Under the pieces are notes generated by a model. It was not told where the DNA came from. It saw only the letters and a program-made list of their open reading frames with translations, and searched no databases. A program made the position numbers and the translations under genes. A DNA stretch of 64,000 nucleotides from the human T2T-CHM13v2.0 reference genome, Homo sapiens, in the NCBI RefSeq assembly GCF_009914755.1, contig NC_060930.1; one strand, given 5' to 3'. Below are positions 26,054-42,532 of the stretch, in pieces; the stretch's first letter is position 1; each line of letters starts with the position of its first letter.

Positions 26054-26931
26054 TGTAACCACAGTACCAGCCCAAACGGGGCTTACTCTGTTTGTAACAA
26101 TGTTGAGTTACCTTGCAGGTATAACAGAGCCAAAAACTCTTAAGTCACAAAGCCCAGGCATGCACCATAGAAAAAGATTTGATCTCTAACAAACATCCAG
26201 AACCAACTATTCGTCTCCTTGGAACGAAGAAGACTGGGACATGACTGGAACCCGAACATTCGAACTCTCAGAAGGGAAGGGTCTCTTGGCCCAGAAGATA
26301 GGGGCTAAAATCCACCTCAACATACCGTACCATAAATGGCCAAATTTGAAGGCCTTCAAACAGATCCTGCCCAGCCAACATTTCTAAGTCCTTTCCTTTG
26401 CCCTCTGCTTCCTTAGAACTTGCCCCAGACCCCAAATCAGGGAGGAAGATTTGAACCTGCCTCCTGTCTCCTTGCTGGCTGGTCTTGCAATAAAGTCTTT
26501 CTTTTCTCAAAGGCAGTACCATGGTATTGCTTCCGTGTACATTGAGCAGTGAGCCTGAGGCAGGAAAATAGGGTCAGGAGGCAGGGAACATAAGGCCAAT
26601 TCACACTTCGGCTGTAACAGGAAATATCCACTCCATAGGGCGTATGCTGTAAGTGACTTTGTAACTTTACTTCATCCTCTGCATTTACGTAGAGGGTAAG
26701 TGAAGTAAACAATGGAATCATCTAGGGGATATTTAAACTTCCAAAAATTCTGTAACGGGGCCTTTGAGCCCCTATGTTCGGGCCGCTCCCACACTGTGGA
26801 ATGTAATTTCGTTTTCAATAAATCCCTTCATTCCTTCCTTGCTTTGTTTGTGCGTTTTGTCCAATTCTTTGTTCAAGATGCCAAGAACCTGGACATCCTC
26901 CACCGGTGACAAGCCCATTTGCTTAATAAGA
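26054..26931 (+). mobile_element. ERV1-class solo LTR (subfamily not assigned), interrupted near its 3' end by a MER61-like LTR
   Basis: TGTAACC start, AATAAA at about 26489; sequence resumes (AGCCCATTTGCT...) after 26911. Confidence 0.7.
26556..26911 (+). mobile_element. MER61-like ERV1 solo LTR
   Basis: TGAGGCAGGAAAATAGGGTC...CCGGTGACA with TG..CA termini and a 4-bp TSD AGCC (26552-26555 and 26912-26915). Confidence 0.85.
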
Positions 26932-27032
26932 TTATTATTTTCTTCTCAGTATTTTTCTGTTACTTATTTTCTGAAAGTGCCAGGAAGAGGAGGGCAGGCA
27001 GGACCACCCCAAAACAGGCCACCTGTGGTATC

Positions 27033-27773
<741 letters not shown>

Positions 27774-28133
27774 AGACATGAATGGTCTACCATAGTAGAC
27801 AGCTATGAGAAGTGGCGGCAACACAGTGTCCTCTCTCAACAGTACATGCTGCCGGATCTCAGAAAAACAACTAGCTGGACAATACTGAACTCACAACTTA
27901 GCATTTTGCCATCTGGAGCCTGGCAAACTGGTATTTGCTGTAAAACAACTTATGTGGTATGTGAACAGTAGTAGTTCTGAGCAAAACGTGGCTTTTATCA
28001 TTTAAAAAAAATGCTTCTCTTTAGAATTAGCTTATAAAATATCACCATTGGTTGTAGATATGGAGAGAAAAGAAACTGCTACATTTATTGCCTGGTGAAA
28101 TATTAATCCCTTTTCATTTAAATAAGATGTTCT

Positions 28134-28423
28134 GGCTTGGCGCGGTGGCTCACACCTGTAATCCCAACACTTTGGGAGGCCAAGGAGGGAGAATCACCTG
28201 AGGTCAGGAGTTCAAAATCAGCCTGGCCAACATGGTGAAACCCTGTCTCTACTAAAAATACAAAACAATGAGCTGAGCGTGGTGGAGGGTGCCTGTAATC
28301 CCAGCTACTCAGGAGGCTAAGGCACAAGAATCACTTGAACCCAGGAGTCAGAGGTTGCAATGAGCTGAGGTTGCGCCACTGCACTCCAGCCTGGGTGACA
28401 GAGTGAGACGCTGTCTCAATAAA
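28134..28423 (+). mobile_element. AluS inserted in the pseudogene 3'UTR
   Basis: TSD TAAATAAGATGTTCT on both sides. Confidence 0.93.
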
Positions 28424-29714
28424 TAAATAAGATGTTCTTCATTGTGGTTTACAGTATAATGACAATAATTTTAAAATCTGTATTATAGCTTCAATATTAG
28501 GACTGACTTTTTTTAAAAGATATGTCTGCAATAAATTGAAGAAGTGCAATGCCCTTTTGTGGAAAGCTTTAGAAATGATATAATTATTAAAGATATTAAA
28601 TAGACAAAAAATAATTTTCTAATAATGATGATAATAAAAGAATCTCTGAAGTGAGTATTAGAACTTCTGACTACTTCTAACTATTGGTCCTACCCAGCCA
28701 CTGATGAACTCCAATCATATAGTCTCAAACTGCTCACTTGATGTTTCTTTGCCTCCATTTGCCTTTCCGTGAAATGGGAATTTAAAACAAAAATTAAAAA
28801 GCCCACGACTGTTGTGAGGACAAATAAAATGGTACATGGCTGAAAGTGTGCAGTAAACACCTTTGAGGACTTGTGTTATATAAATGTCAGTAACAGATAC
28901 AGAGGAGACGGAGTGGTTTCAGGTTGTAAATCCAGCTGATGAGCTAGTTCATTGCGGGAGGCTACATAATAGAATGTGCAAATGGAGAACAAAGAGGAGC
29001 TCTCTGGGTCACCTGCCCATCTTCCAAGCCTGGTTTAGAATTACAAAGGTGTAGCCAAGGAGGAGTCCTGTTGTAGGTAAGAGCTTTGGAAACCAGATAC
29101 TTCAATCCGATTAATAAGAGTAAATAATGAGAATAAAAGACTTCATGAAACTCAAGGCCTTTTCTTCTGAGGGGGTGTTGGGGTGTCCTGTTTATTTTTC
29201 TTCGGTGGTAGTTTTGTTTGGATTTAGCTTTTTTTTAAGTTCTATGTGTTCTCCCCGGCCCTCAAAGTGAACAGCAAGACAATGCAAAACCCCGGAGGCA
29301 TCCCTCCAGGTCTCTGTCTGTGACCTACTCATCTGGCATCTGACAACACAACAGGGAACTCCGTGCTGCTATAGTCTGAAAAATAAGATTAACTTCTAGA
29401 GCCAGGAGGTGAGCAGTGAGTGTGGGGTGGGAGAGATGCTCGCCCCAGGGTGCCCTAACCCCACAGGTTCCACTATTTGTAACCCCCTCTCCCACCCCAC
29501 CTACTTTACCTCCCCCAACCCCTAAAGGGAGAGCTAAAGAGGGTCTTTTATTTTTTTTTTTAATCACTATCTGTGCTTGCAAGGAGTTTGGAGCCTCATG
29601 TGATTGACAAGCTGTTTACAAGAGCACCATGATTTGCATGTTAAGTTCTGCCTCAGCAGTTGTTCTAGACACGGTAAGATAGTTCAGTGAGCTTCCCACA
29701 AAACTGCAGCTCTT

Positions 29715-30035
<321 letters not shown>

Positions 30036-30919
30036 TCAAAACAAAAGGGATGGGACCTCAGAGTTGTGAATGTTTGCAGATACAGTAACTGATTTGATCC
30101 TCACAACAGCCCAAGGGGACAGGGAGATCCTTGTTCCTTAGATTCAAGAAACAAGGCTCCAAGAGGGTCTGGAAAGGCCCTGGGTGGAGGGCTAGTCCCA
30201 CACCAAGGCCCTGCTTGGCCGGGCCCCTGCAAATCCACTCACTGGTCCGGCCCGGGTTCCAGCACACTGGTGTTCATGGTCTCCAACGGCCCTGTGCCTT
30301 CCCCAGGGGCCCGCTCACAGGCCCTCAGTGTGGAATGCCTGCCACCCCTGCCCTGGACTGCTCATTCCCATTCTTCCTTTAGACCAGTGCTTTTCAGACT
30401 CTCCAGTGCCTGTGAATTTCCTGGGAACTTGTTACCAAGTAAATTCTGATTCAGGAGGCCTGGGTGGGGCCTGAGATTCTGCGTTTCTGCCGGGCTGCCA
30501 GAGCTCATGACCATCTGCCGGCCACTCTGAGCAGCAAGGCAGATGCTAGCGTAGGCCTTGCTTGGTCTGGGATGTGTCAGGAGACACAATTATACCGTCT
30601 CCTGGTGCCCTGCATTGGTTCATAATTGTAATGAGTTTGTTATGTTTTCCTGGCTGCGGTGTAATCGCTAGGAGGGCAGGGACTAGACAACTGTCTCATT
30701 CCTAACCGTATTTCCAGTGCCTAGTACAGTGCCTGACACATGGCAAATGCTCACTAAATATTTATTAAATGGGCAAATGAGTGAAAGACGAGAGCCAGCC
30801 AACACTGGTCTTCCCACGGGAACAATGCCGTCCCTTGATCTTGTGAAGGGACAGTAATGGAACATTAGGGAAAATTTCACAACCCATCATCAAATCCAGA
30901 TTTTACTGGAGGCCCATGT

Positions 30920-32278
30920 TGAGAGGTGACAGCATGCTGGCGGCCCTCGCAAGCTCTCGGTGCCTCCTCGGCCTGGGCGCCCATTATGGCCGCGCTTGGG
31001 GGGCCCTTCAGCCCGCCGCTGCACCGTGGGGGCCCCTTCTCTGGGCCAGCCGAGACCAGAGCCGGCTCCCTCGGCTTGCGGGGGGTTGTAGAGGGAGAGG
31101 CGCGAGCAGGAACCGGGACTGTGCGCGGCGCTTGCGGGCCAGCGCGAGTTCCGGGCGGGCGTAGGCTCGGCGGACCCCGCACTCGGAGCGGCCAGCAGGT
31201 CCCGCCGGCCGGGCACTGAGGGGCTTAGCACCTGGGCCAGCAGCTGCTGTGCTCAACTTCTCGCCGGGCTTTAGCTGCCTCCCCGCGAGGCAGGGCTCGG
31301 GCCCTGCAGCCCGCCATGCCTGAGCCTCCCCCACGCCGTGGGCTCCTGCACTGCCCCAGCCTCCCCGACGAGCGCCGCGCCCTGCTCTACGGCGCCCAGT
31401 CCCATCGACCACCCAAGGGCTGACAAGTGTGGGCACACAGGCGCGGGACTGGCAGGCAGCTCCACCTGCGGCCCAGATGCGAGATCCACTGGGTGAAGCC
31501 AGCTGGGCTCCTGAGTCTGGTGCGGACTTGGAGAACCTTTATGTCTAGTTAAGGGATTGTAAATACACCAATCGGCACTCTGTATCTAGCTCAAGGTTTG
31601 TAAACACACCAATCAGCACCCTGTGTCTAGCTCAGGGTTTGTGAATGCACCAATCAACACTCTGTGTCTAGCTAATCTAGTGGGGACATGGAGAACTTTT
31701 TGTGTCCACACTCTGTATCTAGCTAATCTAGTGGGGACGTGGAGAACCTTTGTGTCTAGCTCAGGGGTTGTAAAGGCACCAATCAGCACCCTGTCAAAAA
31801 GGACCTCAGCTCTGTAAAACAGACCAATCGGCTTTCCATAAAATGGACCAAACAGCAGGGATGTGGGTGGGGCCAGATAAGAGAATAAAAGCAGGCTGCT
31901 CCGGTGTCCTATCCACTCTGTGGAAGCTTTGTTCTTTTGGTGTTTGTAATCAGTCTTGGTGCTGCACACTCTTTGGGTCCATGCCGTCTTTATGAGCTGT
32001 AACACTCACCGTGAAGGTCTGCAGCTTCACTCCTGAAGCCGGTGACACCATGAACCCATCGGGAGGAACGAACAACTCCAGATGCACCGCCTTCTAGAGC
32101 TGTAACACACTCACTGCCAAGGTTTGTAGTTTCACTTCTAAAGCCAGTGAGACCACGAACCCACCAAAAGGAATAAACTCCAGACATGCTGTCTTTAAGA
32201 ACTATGAATGCCACCATGAGGGTCTGTGGCTTCATTCTTTAAGTCTGTGAGACCAAGAACCCACCAATTCCAGACACT
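30920..32278 (+). mobile_element. LTR12-family (ERV9) solo LTR #1
   Basis: TGAGAGGTGACAGC start, GC-rich U3, CCAAT tandem units, GATAAGAGAATAAAA, GACCAAGAACCCACCAATTC end. Confidence 0.93.
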
Positions 32279-33884
32279 ATATCCTAGGCCTAAAATCATC
32301 TTAAAAAAAAACCATCTTCAAATGGGTCATAGTAAAATGTTCATGGTGATCATCTCTCAAGAATAGGATTACTGACTTTGTGTACTTCCGTGTTTTCCAA
32401 ATTTAATGCAATGAACAAGCACTAGTGCAGTAATTTGAAAATTCATCTAAGCAAGTTCTCTGAATTATCTCCATGGTCACTTCTCTTGTCACTGCAGATG
32501 AACTATCTGTGTGGCCATGGCCCATCACTTGTACTCACTGTTTGCTTAACTACAAAGAAGGGGGGACTGCAGATGACCACCGAGACACTCAGCAATGTGA
32601 ATTCTCTATGAATGTTTTTATCTGTATTCCTTCTCAGCCTTGCTACTCCAAAGCACTCCCAGCCTCATTCTTGACTTTGATTTCTGCAAGTTCTTGCCAA
32701 TATGAATTATGTTTCATGCTGCTGGCTTTCTAAGGATGGAATTTGTGACTCAAGGCCTAAGCTGCCACTGAGCTATTTGCTAAACTTAAGTTGCTGTTTT
32801 TGAACACCCGGACTCCTAAGAATCAATGAAAACCCAAGATGATCAACATTAGTCACAGAACCAAATAATCCTATGGACTGACGGAGGGTGGGTCGCTGGA
32901 GTTTTATGCTTTTCACATACTGGCATTCCAGTAAACATTCTTAAATACGTAAGCTGTGAGGTTATTCAGCAAACAGCCTACGGACAGTCACAGCATTTGT
33001 ACCTGCTCCACAACCCACTGTATTTTCCCTAATGGTATGAATGCATTAATACATGAAGTGATTTATTTTAGGAGTTGAAGCTAAACTTTTTTTTTTACAT
33101 TCATTAGCGCATTGAGACATTCACTCAGCCTACTTTCTATAGGCTATCATGAGCAGAGTTAGTGAGCTTGTTTGTGGAAACTATGTATGAAAAATAAGGA
33201 AAGTTTGGAGTTCAAATCTGAAATATTTTGAGATCAACATTGACGAGACATAGTGACATAATGCTTGCCAATAATATTTATTCTGGAACTATTACATTAC
33301 GACAAACATGGGATCCCTTTGTATGGTTAGATTCAATAAGAGATCATTGTTACACTTTGATTCAGCATTTTCTTATATTCTGAATAGAAATAAAATTTCT
33401 GTGCCTGAACTTTGTTCTGACATGTGTTGAGCAGACATCAGTCTTCATATTCACCAGTAATATAAGCCCCAAACAAGTAATATAACTTTAAAATTTTTAC
33501 CACATGGATAGATAGGGACATAGCTATAAATATGTAGATACAGATGTGTCTTATTTGATTCCACAAAAGATTTAAGATGATTTGCCAAAATATATACAAT
33601 AAAAAAATGCATAAATTAGAATTTAGATCCTAGGAAAATGTAGAAGAGAAAAAGGAGCAGAGGAAAATTGGTCCATGGATAAGCACACCATCGAAGTGCA
33701 TTCAGTTACTAAATGTGGGTTGGAAATGGCTTCCCTCCAACGCTTCCTGACTCAAGAGTTAAACTCCAAAACCTTCGCCTGACCTGCAAGGCCTCTACAT
33801 GGCCTACGCCTGACGCCGTCCCCCCAGTCTTCCATCTCATCCCTCACATTCCTACATTCTCTAGTCCACTCCTCCTAGATATGC

Positions 33885-34100
33885 CAGGCGGGTCCTAAGG
33901 TCAGGAGTTTGAGACCAGCCTGACCAATATGGTGAAACCCCGTCTCTACTAAAAATACAAAAATTAGCTGGCCATGGTGGCGGGCGCCTATAGTCCCAGC
34001 TACTCAGGAGGCTGAGACAGGAGAATCGCTTGAACTCAGAGGGGTCAGACGTTGCAGTGAGCCAAGATCATGCCACTGCACTCCAGCATGGGTGACAGAG
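33885..34100 (+). mobile_element. Partial Alu
   Basis: AGGTCAGGAGTTTGAGACCAGCC...GGGTGACAGAG; lacks the 5' end and tail. Confidence 0.88.
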
Positions 34101-34129
34101 CCAGCCTGAAACTCTGCCCTGCGTCCTTC

Positions 34130-35091
34130 TGAGAAGTGACAGTGTACCGGCATGGCAGCCCTCACAGCCCTCGCTCGCTCTTGGCGCCTCCTCGGCCTTG
34201 GCACCCACTCTGGCCGCGCTTGAGGAGCCCTTCAGCCCGCCGCTGCACTGTGGAAGCCCATTCCTGGGCTGGCCAAGGCCGGAGCCGGCTCCCTCAGCTT
34301 GCGGGGAGGTGTGGAGGGAGAGGCACGGGCGGGAACCGGGGCTGCTCGCGGCGCTTATGGACCGGCGCGAGTTCCGGGTGGGCGTGGACTCGGCGGGCCC
34401 CGCACTCGGAGCGACCAGCCGGCCCCGACAGCCCCGCCGGCCCGGGGAAGTGAAGGGCTTAGCACCTGGGCCAGCAGCTGCTGTGCTCGACTTCTCGCTG
34501 GGCCTTAGCTGCCTCCCTGCGGAGCAGGGTTCGGGACCTGCAGCCCGCCATGCCTCAGCCTCCCCCACGCCGTGGGCTCCTGCGCCTCCCGAGCCTCCCC
34601 GAGGCTCAAAATAGTCAAAATGGACCAATCAGCTCTCTGTAAAACAGACCAGTCGGCTCTCTGTAAAATGGACCAATCAGCAGGATGTGGGTGGGGCCAG
34701 ATAAGAGAATAAAGGCAGGCTGCCTGAGGCAAGCGCGGCACGCCGCCACGGTCCGTTTTCAGGCTGTGGTAGCTTTGTTTTTTTGCTTTTTGTAATAAAT
34801 TTTGTTGTTGTTTGTTCTTTGGGTTCACGGTGCATTTGCGAGCTGTAACACTCACCACGAAGGTCCTCAGCTTTCCTCGCTGGTGAGACCATGAACCCCC
34901 CCAGAGGGAAAAAACACCCAACACATCAGAATGTCAAGGAACAAACTCCGGCCATGCCGCCTTTGAGGGCCTGTAACACTTAACCGCAAGCACCAGCCAC
35001 GCCGCCTTTAAGAACTGTAATACTTGCTGTGAGGGTCTGAGGCTTTATGCTTGACGTCAGTGAGGCCAAAAACCCATCAATTCTGGACACA
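34130..35091 (+). mobile_element. LTR12-family solo LTR #2, internally deleted
   Basis: TGAGAAGTGACAG start, TTCTGGACACA end, flanks CTTC/CTCC; tandem CCAAT array absent at about 34605. Confidence 0.9.
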
Positions 35092-35343
35092 CTCCCAAAT
35101 GGCTTCCTCCCTCATCTAGAATTCACCATCTCCTTGGAGGGGCTCTTGGCCACCCACCTGAAAGAGGTCACTCCCCCCGCCCACCTGCCCGTCATTCTCT
35201 TTCCCAACGTGTTTTGTGTTTTTTCAGAGTGAACGTCGTGATAACGTGTATCATGACCTGTATCCTCACTAGCATGTAAATCTTGTGAGGAGGGCCTTTT
35301 TCTGTTCTGTAGACTGCTGTGTCCTGAGAGGAGCAAATGGTGA

Positions 35344-35671
<328 letters not shown>

Positions 35672-37589
35672 TCCACGTGCTTTTAAAAGTGGCAACTGAG
35701 CACTCGGATTGTAGAATGGACATCCTTTCACGTAAAAATTCTTGTCTGAGTCTGATAATCCTCACAACAACATCTGAGGAACATCTTATGTCTGTCTGGT
35801 CATGGGATGAAGAGAATCTTCAACTGAAATTTCCAGTAGACGGGGAGCTGTTCTAATGCATGAACAGCAGGACATCAAGACTCCAACATCGTCTTCCGTA
35901 AGGTTGCTCCACGGTGATCTGGGCTGAGAAAATTTCAAGGTAACATTTGCTAATTGTTGGCTATATGCCTATACATATAGACAGTTCACCAACGTAGATT
36001 TCTAATGATCCTGCCAGGTAAACTTTGTTCTCAAATAAAACGCCTCCAAGTAACTGATTTTAGAAGTGCATTTACCAACATGGTAATTTCAGTATTAGAA
36101 TAGCCTCTCAAGTCCTGCTTTCTGACAACAGAGTGAAGCCAAGTGTCAGTGAAGTCACTCCTAGTACATAAAAATGAAACTATATAATAAGCATAGAGAA
36201 TAAGTCTTAGACCACTGGGAAAACTTAAATATAAACAGGATACAAATGATATTTCAGAAGTTGTGTTTATTTTCTTAAGTACAATAATGGTATTTTGTAA
36301 TGGAAGTGTTCTTGTTTTTAGGCTTTGTTTGCTGAAGTTCTCAGTAATGAAGTGTGATGTTAAAACTGTCTTTCAACTGGCTTCACAATAAATAAATAAA
36401 TAATTAAGTGGGTAAATCTAGGAAGCATATATAGCAAAACGTGAATAATTGTATCTAAGAGAAAGGATTTAGGCCTTTATTATACTATTCTGTCAACTTT
36501 TCTGAATATTTGAAAATTTTCCCAAGTAAAAGTTGGAGAGGGATAATATTTATATTTCTACTCCTTTTAATAAAGATAATCTAAACATGGTTTTAAGAAC
36601 CTGTTGTCTGCCTTGAGAAACCATTTATTTCTGCTGACATTCTCACAGTGATATTAAGGCTCAGATACTATTTAAACATTTGTGGCTATGATTTTTTTAT
36701 CAAGCACATTAAAATTAGTCCCAAACTAGTTATTATTCACTGAGTCGAAGGTCAAGGAAAAGAACCAAAATTAATCAACACTGTGTCTTGTATGTAATAC
36801 AAGTTCATAGAGCCATGGACTTGTAATATAGCTTCATGGAAGTATCCACAGGGTGTTGACGAGTGTGGCAGCAGCTGTTTCTAAAGCCTCCTTATTCCTG
36901 AGACGCCCTGGCTTGTTGCATGCCCCTCACCAAAACACACAACAGCCCCTCAGCAAATTAAGTCCAGAATATTGCATTTTACACCCAAATGCCCCAAGAT
37001 AGATATTCAAGTAAACTTAATAGAATCACTTAACATTCTAGCTGAAAAGGACTTGAGTGATCATTTAACTATAGTGAATGTTGGTTGTAAAATCATTAAT
37101 GCCCTGCAGGGCAGAGATGTTGTCCTGACTGTATTTGCATGAGTAGTATCACATAACATAGAGACTTTCTAGACTGGTACCCAGTCATGATTTTATTCCG
37201 TGAGTGTGTGAAAAAGGGATTGAGGTCCTTCAGCCTCATTCAAGGAGTTGTGGAGGGAGTTTTGGGTTGATGTCTACCTCATTTGATATCTGCTCATATC
37301 TATGTGTCCAGCATCTTGTTCATTTTTTGCAGCCTCAATCTGATCACACATTCAGCCACTTAGGACTAGGTGAGCAAGAGCTGTTGGTTCAGAAAACCAA
37401 GGCTGAATTCCATTGTCCCTTACCTGATGGAGCGGAGAGGCTCCTGGAAAGATATGGTTTGACTAAATTTCTATACATTTATTTGAATGGACATGAATTT
37501 GTAGCAGGTGGTATATTTCACCACTTAGCCTTACCCACATAAGGGGGCTTGGATTTGTCCCCAACAGCATTTCTGAATAGCAAGGACCC

Positions 37590-37636
37590 ATGCTGTTTTG
37601 GAGGGAATTGTATGCTGTTTTGGAGGGAATTGTATG
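37590..37636. repeat. Perfect 22-bp tandem duplication
   Basis: ATGCTGTTTTGGAGGGAATTGT x2. Confidence 0.93.
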
Positions 37637-38891
37637 GTTTGAGCCATTCAAGGCAAGTAACATGAGGCCATTGTGAGGGGGCTCATCGAGGTGTTTGGGC
37701 AGAGATGGGCATACCATCCATAGGCAGTGGGCAGGTGGGTGCCCTTGGAGGGCCTGGCCCAATGAGGACAGGACAAGCAGCTTCTCACTGCCTGCAATGC
37801 ATGATCCACAGACATGGTTTGGCTTCCATGAGGTGGTGGTTGGTGTATGCTGGCTGCCAGTCGGCCCTCTCCATTCCCAAGTCCCTCCCCACCCACCTCC
37901 AAAGCCACCCCTGCCACCATGTTCCCTTCCACACCCTCCCAGTGACTTTAGGCTCTTCCTTTCCTCTCTTTCCAGGGTAAACTTCTTGTTTCCTCCCTCC
38001 TGTGGCCTTTCTATTAGAATCTCAAGAGCATTATTGGGGGATGGGAAACCCTGGCTTACTTCTCCTTTTATCACTGACACAATTTTAATTCTTCTTGAAG
38101 GTTAGTCTAAGGAAGTGGGGGAAAATTTACATCGAGATGATGTTTGAAGATACCTTACTACAAGCCAAGAGAACATTAGAGTCCCACGTCACCCTTCTGT
38201 CTGAAACAAATAATCACGTCCTGATTCCCTTCTGGCTTTTGTGTGTATTTATATGTTCACCCAGGTTTGCTCAATGCAGGTATGGGCATTTCAGTGAAAG
38301 CCTCTATTTTACCCTTCTCTCCTTCTCTCTAGTTGGCCAGAATATTTGCTTCCAAGTGCAGCCCAAATTACTTACCTTAATTGTCTGCACCTCCCAAGTA
38401 TTTCAGCTAATTGTCGAATTGTTGCTACTCATTGTCTTGTGACTGTGTATACCTCACCCACGGGGCTTAAATTCTGCCCAAGCAAAAAGGGCTTGGTGAA
38501 CTGAAACCAGAAAAAAAGTTCAAGGCAATGGAACAAATGCCAATGTCTTGGTTCAAGGAGCGACTTTTACAGAATTACGTGCATTCGTACCAGTTGTTAT
38601 GATGAATTGTTCTGACACTCATCCAGACAGAAAAATAATTGAAGTTCCTTTCCCAGGGGTTCTCTAACTCAAACACTCAAAACGACCTGACCTCAGCCCA
38701 GAGCAGAAGTCACAAGGCCAAGATTCAAAAAATAAGTAAATACATTTATAAGGAGATATAAACTGCTTTCCGAAAACATCCAATTTGGGTCAATGATTGA
38801 TGAAGAACTAAGAATAACTGGAACATTTGCTTTTCCTTATTTTTAAAATAATTAAAGTTACTTATAATGCTTATATAGACCTCTGAGCAAG

Positions 38892-38893
<2 letters not shown>

Positions 38894-38937
<44 letters not shown>
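38894..38937. repeat. (GT)n microsatellite
   Basis: About 16 perfect GT units followed by a TATG-interrupted tail. Confidence 0.95.
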
Positions 38938-38938
<1 letters not shown>

Positions 38939-40397
38939 AGTTTATGCTTGAAGATCTTTGTTGCTACTCCTACCCCCATCCCCCTGTATATATTCTAGAA
39001 ACCAGTGCTAGTTCTGATGACCAACTTTGGGCTAAACCACAGCTATACTTTGGAAGCTATGCAATCGCAGACTACTCTGCAGATTTTGCTTTTTGTTAAT
39101 AACCTATTTTAAAGTTCAGCAGACTGGCATCTCTTTTGATGCTGATTATACTCCTTCTAAAACTCCACTCCAAGTTCAGCGTCAGCAAATCCCAGTCTGA
39201 CAGAAAGTAAGATTGTTTTCTCAGTTTGCCAGTACACTGCATTTCAGAGACAGGCTCAACCCCAAAGTCGCTGCTGTGGCAGAGCTCATGCCGCGCCTTT
39301 TGGACCACAGTGACAGATGGTTTTGCTTAAAGACAATCCCTCTGAGATAGCTCGTCTGCCCAGGCGGCTGTGTGGGCATGCTTCGGGCATGTAGCCAGCG
39401 CTCACATGCTATCCACATATTTCACATCCATAACCACACCCGCATATAGTTTAAACACTGTCTGGTCTTCAGAGGCCTTTATGTAACTTTATATTCAATG
39501 AAAATAGCTCTTGGTGATTAATTTTGCTGCTTTTGGCCCCTTTCAGGGAAACAAGTTTGACACTTAGTCTGTATTTTTCAAAGCGAGAGAAAATGGAATT
39601 GAAAAGAGTGTTTTCTAATGAATTAATTCCAGTGATGTTGAGTCCAACATGAGAAGAAATGTAATTCCTCCTGGAATGCAACTGCACACCTACTGCTCAA
39701 TGATGTATAATAACTATTTTATTCCAAAAAGGATTTGAAGTGGCTTCCAAAAAATGAGTGACATTAATAGCTAAGGATATTGGGGAGAAACTGGGCATAG
39801 CCGATGGATTTCACTTGCCTGTGGCCGTGGCTGTTCATTTTCGTTCATGAGGTGTAAGAAATGAGGAAGGGTGGCTGACCAGGGGACAACGACACCACAT
39901 CTGGGAATACCCTCCTTCAAATCAGAGACTTACAGGAAAACGGACAGGCCGGCGCACATTATTCAGGCCATTCTCAAATGTTTAATAACTGTTTCATATC
40001 AATATCAAGTTAAGCACATTTTAGTAAGGTGGGTGAACATGTTTGCCCATATCCCAAATTATCCCAGACTCTCCACTGTACAGGAAGCGGACAGTGTCTT
40101 CCACCAACGCCTGCTTCACAAGGTTTATTCCTTAATAGCCAGACTTGGCCTCTTTTCTTAGCTCTGAGCTGTGAGGCACAGTCAGTGTTTTCAAACAAAA
40201 GGTATTTCCAGGAAATCTTCTGTCTGAGGAAGGACGAACACACAGTTCTCTTAGTTGGGGAGCGTGGGAAGGAGGGAAGCAAAGGTGTGGGGGACTTTGG
40301 TATTCTCTCTTCTTAACCCAGTACTTGGAGGGTATTCTCCCAGGCCGTTCAGTGGAACAACAAAATGGCTGGAAAACAACACTTTTAAAAAGTTTCT

Positions 40398-40727
<330 letters not shown>

Positions 40728-41075
40728 CTAAGGAAATGAAACTCCTAAATGCATCAGTAACTTTATTGGGGATCTGGAAGTTGTCTTTTTTTTTCAGTTT
40801 GCTAATTATAAATCCAGACGCAAAACCTATGACTTTACCCAATTAAGCAGTTTTTTCACATATTTTTTTCATTTTTTTAAAAATATATTGATCCAACTGT
40901 AATAAACATATATTCTGTAACTGTAATATGTTATTTCCCTGCAAATGTTCCTCTTTATCCACATTTTTCCATCCTTTCACCACTCATTCCTTCAACATAT
41001 TTTTATTACCAGCTAGCAAATAGAGTAAGAACAGCATCAATATGAGCAGAGAATTCTTCTATACTCTGTTTCTTA

Positions 41076-41441
<366 letters not shown>

Positions 41442-41630
41442 TCAGGGTTTCTATTATCTTTTTGAAATTTAGATTTGTTAGCCTAAGAGATCATGAATCA
41501 TCAGGCTCTTGGCAACTGTGGGAAAGGAAAGATGATATTCTAGAAACTGATCATCTGGTAATCGCTGATAAGTTCACACATCAATATTTAATTCCACCAC
41601 AGTTTTGTTTTCAAAGTAGAAGAAGTTTGT

Positions 41631-41668
41631 ATAGGTTGGTGCAAAAGTAATTGCGGTTTTTGCCATTA
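41631..41668. mobile_element. MADE1 half element
   Basis: TAGGTTGGTGCAAAAGTAATTGCGGTTTTTGCCATTA. Confidence 0.85.
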
Positions 41669-41858
41669 TTTTAGTGGTATATTGTCAGCAATCACCACTG
41701 CATCCCTGACTGAGATCAATGTGAGCTCTGCACAGTGTCTCTAACACTCACTAGGTGGCCATGGTTTCTATCCCTTCTAGAGAATGCTACCTGGAAAATA
41801 AGGTTTGGGGTCACACCCAGACATCAGACCATTTGTTACTTTCCCCATTTTCTCACCC

Positions 41859-42152
41859 TTTTTTTTTTAAATTTTTTAAATTATACTTTAAGTTTTAGGG
41901 TACATGTGCACAACGTGCAGGTTAGTTACATGTGTAGACATGTGCCATGTTGGTGTGCTGCACCCAGTAACTCGTCATTTAACATTAGGTATTTCTCCTA
42001 ATGCTCTCCCTCCCCCATTCCCCCGCCCCAAAACAGGCCCCGGTGTGTGATGTTCCCCCTCCTGCATCCATGTGTTCTCATTGTTCAATTCCCACCTATG
42101 AGTGAGAACATGCGGTGTTTGGATTTTTGTCCTTGCGATAGTTTGCTGAGAA
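41859..42152 (-). mobile_element. Young L1PA 3' end, 5'-truncated
   Basis: TTATACTTTAAGTTTTAGGGTACATGTGCACAACGTGCAGG; TSD TCTCACCC. Confidence 0.92.
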
Positions 42153-42164
42153 TCTCACCCCCCC

Positions 42165-42490
<326 letters not shown>

Positions 42491-42532
42491 TAACGAGCTC
42501 ACTTACAGATTGAGTTCATAATATTAAAAAAC

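Noticed and set aside
37463-38080. 205-aa minus-strand ORF with a GGRGGFGGG motif
   Set aside because: No homology I can recognise, and the Gly patch comes from a C-rich stretch. A tBLASTn/PhyloCSF check would be needed to revive it.
41631-41668. MADE1 as a miR-548-type hairpin (also 11956-12003)
   Set aside because: Only one inverted-repeat arm at each site, so no local hairpin forms.
41748-41761. Extra CTCF-like motifs (TCACTAGGTGGCCA; also ACCGCAGGGGGCAG at 50946)
   Set aside because: Mismatches at the 5' core positions; too weak to call without ChIP data.
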